A stretch of 64,000 nucleotides of DNA. It comes from Takakia lepidozioides (taxonomy: Eukaryota > Plantae > Bryophyta). The notes beneath the pieces were generated by a model. It was not told the origin of the DNA. It made no database searches and saw nothing but the letters and a program-made list of their open reading frames with translations. Positions 61,860-64,000 of this stretch are shown one piece after another. The stretch covers positions 45,632,001 through 45,696,000 of the forward strand of contig CM060733.1 in NCBI GenBank assembly GCA_030704615.1, written 5' to 3'. The position numbers were made by a program, and so were the translations under genes. The first letter of the stretch is position 1. Each line of letters begins with the position of its first letter.

Positions 61860-62432
61860 CATTGCAAATGCGGCGACGCATTTCCAGCTTGGCAATGGAA
61901 ACTTCTTTTTGGACAAGGGAATGCGGTGCCGCATTTCCGTCCAACACTTCGAAAAGTGCACCTATTTCCGACCAGCGCGATGGAATGCGTTACCGCATTT
62001 CCGTGAGAGGGTCTGCAAATGGACAAATTGCGATGTCCGTTCTGGAAATGCGGCGCCGCATTTCCATGTCCGTCATCGACTTTTTTTTTACAATGGAATG
62101 CGGTGCCAATTTTTGCTGATGGGCCTGCAGTTCGAACAACGACCATCCCCAATATGGAAATGCGGCACCGCATTTCCAATTCCGCCATCTCGACCTCCTT
62201 GTTCGACCTCTGTAAGCGTGGTGGCATCCATGCAATGAGCGGGAGAGGCCAAAACTGGTGTGGACAAAGGAAATTTTGGAAATGCGGCACCGCATTTCCA
62301 ATCGATTACTTTTTACTATGCCAACATTGAAATGGAAAATTTAGTCCCTCCCCTGTTTTGGAAATGCGGTGCCGCATTTCCAAAAGAGGTTTTTAGAGTT
62401 GCCAAAATTTTGGAAATGCGGTGCCCCATTTC
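61860..62432. repeat. Cluster of palindromes TGGAAATGCG-N4-CGCATTTCCA
   Basis: Copies near 61865, 61918, 61981, 62043, 62093 (half), 62155, 62277, 62359 and 62411. Outliers near 61331 and 63736. Confidence 0.9.
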
Positions 62433-63138
62433 TGATTTTGGGAGCGTCGTGGTTTGGGCGATTGTGTGGCTGGAATGCACACTGGAGAGGGGTCACGAAT
62501 GTCGGGCAGAATTTCCTTTATATACTCTGGAAGAGAATTTACATTTACAGAGACTTCATTAAAATTCTATTAATCTTGAAAATCATCCGAATCCTCATCC
62601 TGTTCTAGACTGTCCTGCTCCGCCTCCACCCCCTCAGTGCCTTTCTCATCTCCAGCGGACTGCTCGTTGGCCAGGCTTTCGAAAATCCCATCTTCCCCTT
62701 GCGGAACTGTCCATCTCACCTCCGTTGGGTCGTCTTCCTCCCTGTCTGCGTCGCTCTCATCCGCTGAATCACATATGTACTTTCGTACCCGTCTACCTGT
62801 CTGAGCTGCTGCCAACTCTTTCCTTATCCTTCTGTCCTCCCTAGCCCTCTCCAAAATCTGCTCTACTTTACTGGGATTCTCACTTCTTCTAATCGCTGTA
62901 TTTGCGAGTTTAGCTGCATAACTAGGAAGGGAGTAGTCCCTCACCGGGCTCGTCATGAAGTCGGCCCTCGCAAGAACGGGACATTCTTCCTGGCAGGAAG
63001 TGTAGGCCCTACATGTTTCGACCCGGACCCTGCAATCCTGCACATGACAATCATCAACGAGACTAATGAGAACCACAGTCGGGAAATTCGTTTGACAAAA
63101 ATGACCCAGAAGGCTTTGCAAACTTACAATGTTTGCAC

Positions 63139-64000
63139 TCACTCGTATTCCGGGTTCTCCTCCGCATCAATGTCCACTGTGTCTTCCTCGGACTCCGACG
63201 AATCCGAGGAGACTTCCGCTCTGTTGGGAGCCTTAACATTCCGTTGCAGCCCTTCCAGATGGGATCCCCACACGGATGAATCCTCCTCGTAGGCAAAGAG
63301 GTGCCGGTCGGAAAACCGCCCAGCCCACATTGAGGCACCTGTTACAATGCCATCCACACATTACCACATGGCGCTTCAGATGTTGCGAACTACATCCTAA
63401 CGAGAATTTGCAGAACAGCATAGATCAAGATTCTGCATACCTGTCCCACAGATGAGGTCGAGCACTGTGCCCTCCACGTCTGTGCATGTCTCCATAATTG
63501 TCTGAATGAAGGCAGGGCTCCGAGTCCGTGAGTACCGCAGGGGTTCCGTTGAAGTGAGGCTATGAGGGAGAAGTTCCTTGGGAACGTTGTTGAACAGAAC
63601 GTCGTAATCGAGGGGGTCGCAGTTCGGGTCAACCTTTCCTCCCTCCTTCCGGAAAGCAAAGGTGGAGTTCTCCTTCACAAAGCAGTATGCATCGAACTGC
63701 TTCGTCTGCATACACAGGGGGAACGATTAGAAACCGAATGCGGCACCGCATTTGAAAACACCCAAGCAAATGAATGGACGAGTGCCAGTGTCGTAATCAC
63801 CTTCTTCCCTTCCGACCGAAGGCCCAGTGTGTTGATGCACGTCCACTTCTTTTTCAGAATCGGGACGGCGCTCTTGCGGGTCCACTTCGCAATTCCTGTC
63901 TGAGTGTTTTTTCCTCTGCTCGCCAGGACAACCACACAGCCTCTGTCGTCCAACACCATGCGGGCAAGCCCGAATCCTTTCTTCCAAAAGTCCTCCGAGT
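63139..64000 (-). CDS. 3' exons of the amino-MTase-like cargo gene of MULE copy 2
   Basis: LDDRGCVVVL...WTCINT, QTKQFDAYCFVK...RSPAFIQTIMETCTDVEGTVLDLICGTG and ASMWAGRFSDRHLFAYEED, with the same intron positions as 20139-21195. Confidence 0.82.

Larger units (their letters stand above)
48305..64000. mobile_element. Second, divergent MULE-like element of the same family (opposite orientation, runs off window), hosting the Gypsy insertion
   Basis: Terminus gggggctgctatttcatgagcc matches the reverse complement of the copy-1 right end (ggggggtgctattccgtgagcc). Homologous MTase exons lie at 63139-64000. Confidence 0.75.

Noticed and set aside
61860-62432. CRISPR array or bacterial REP cluster
   Set aside because: Spacing is irregular, the repeat centre is degenerate, there are no cas genes, and it lies inside a plant transposon.

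Overview
Eukaryotic DNA, most likely from a non-seed land plant (spliceosomal introns, a PLS-class PPR-DYW gene, a FLIP-like gene, an RPL7 exon). The window is dominated by nested mobile elements, and two candidate systems stand out. (1) A large Mutator-like (MULE) DNA transposon family. One complete ~12.9-kb copy (9090-21986) has a 9-10-bp TSD and sits inside a LINE; a second, divergent copy starts at 48305 and runs off the window. Besides a DDE/SWIM transposase, the complete copy carries a multi-exon gene with a ParB-like domain and a beta-class amino (N6A/N4C-type) DNA methyltransferase; only the methyltransferase exons of copy 2 are visible. Both copies carry arrays of element-specific palindromes sharing the core TGCG-N4-CGCA. 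(2) A Ty3/Gypsy-like retrotransposon family (complete copy 48733-60486, partial copy 1-5420). The complete copy has a C5 cytosine methyltransferase between protease and RT and a PHD-tailed DDE integrase. Both copies have a self-complementary (tRNA-independent) primer site supported by a compensatory change. The complete copy has a split, circularly permuted LTR (B-internal-A-B-A) whose ends map to an internal palindrome GACAGCTGTC. Also present: a decayed Crypton-like tyrosine recombinase, piggyBac-like (TTAA) and Tc1/mariner-like (TA) MITEs, a PPR-DYW gene with N-terminal OSB-type PDF motifs plus an inverted pseudogene, and an intronless bacterial-like gene. All family assignments come from motif recognition by eye; no database searches were run.
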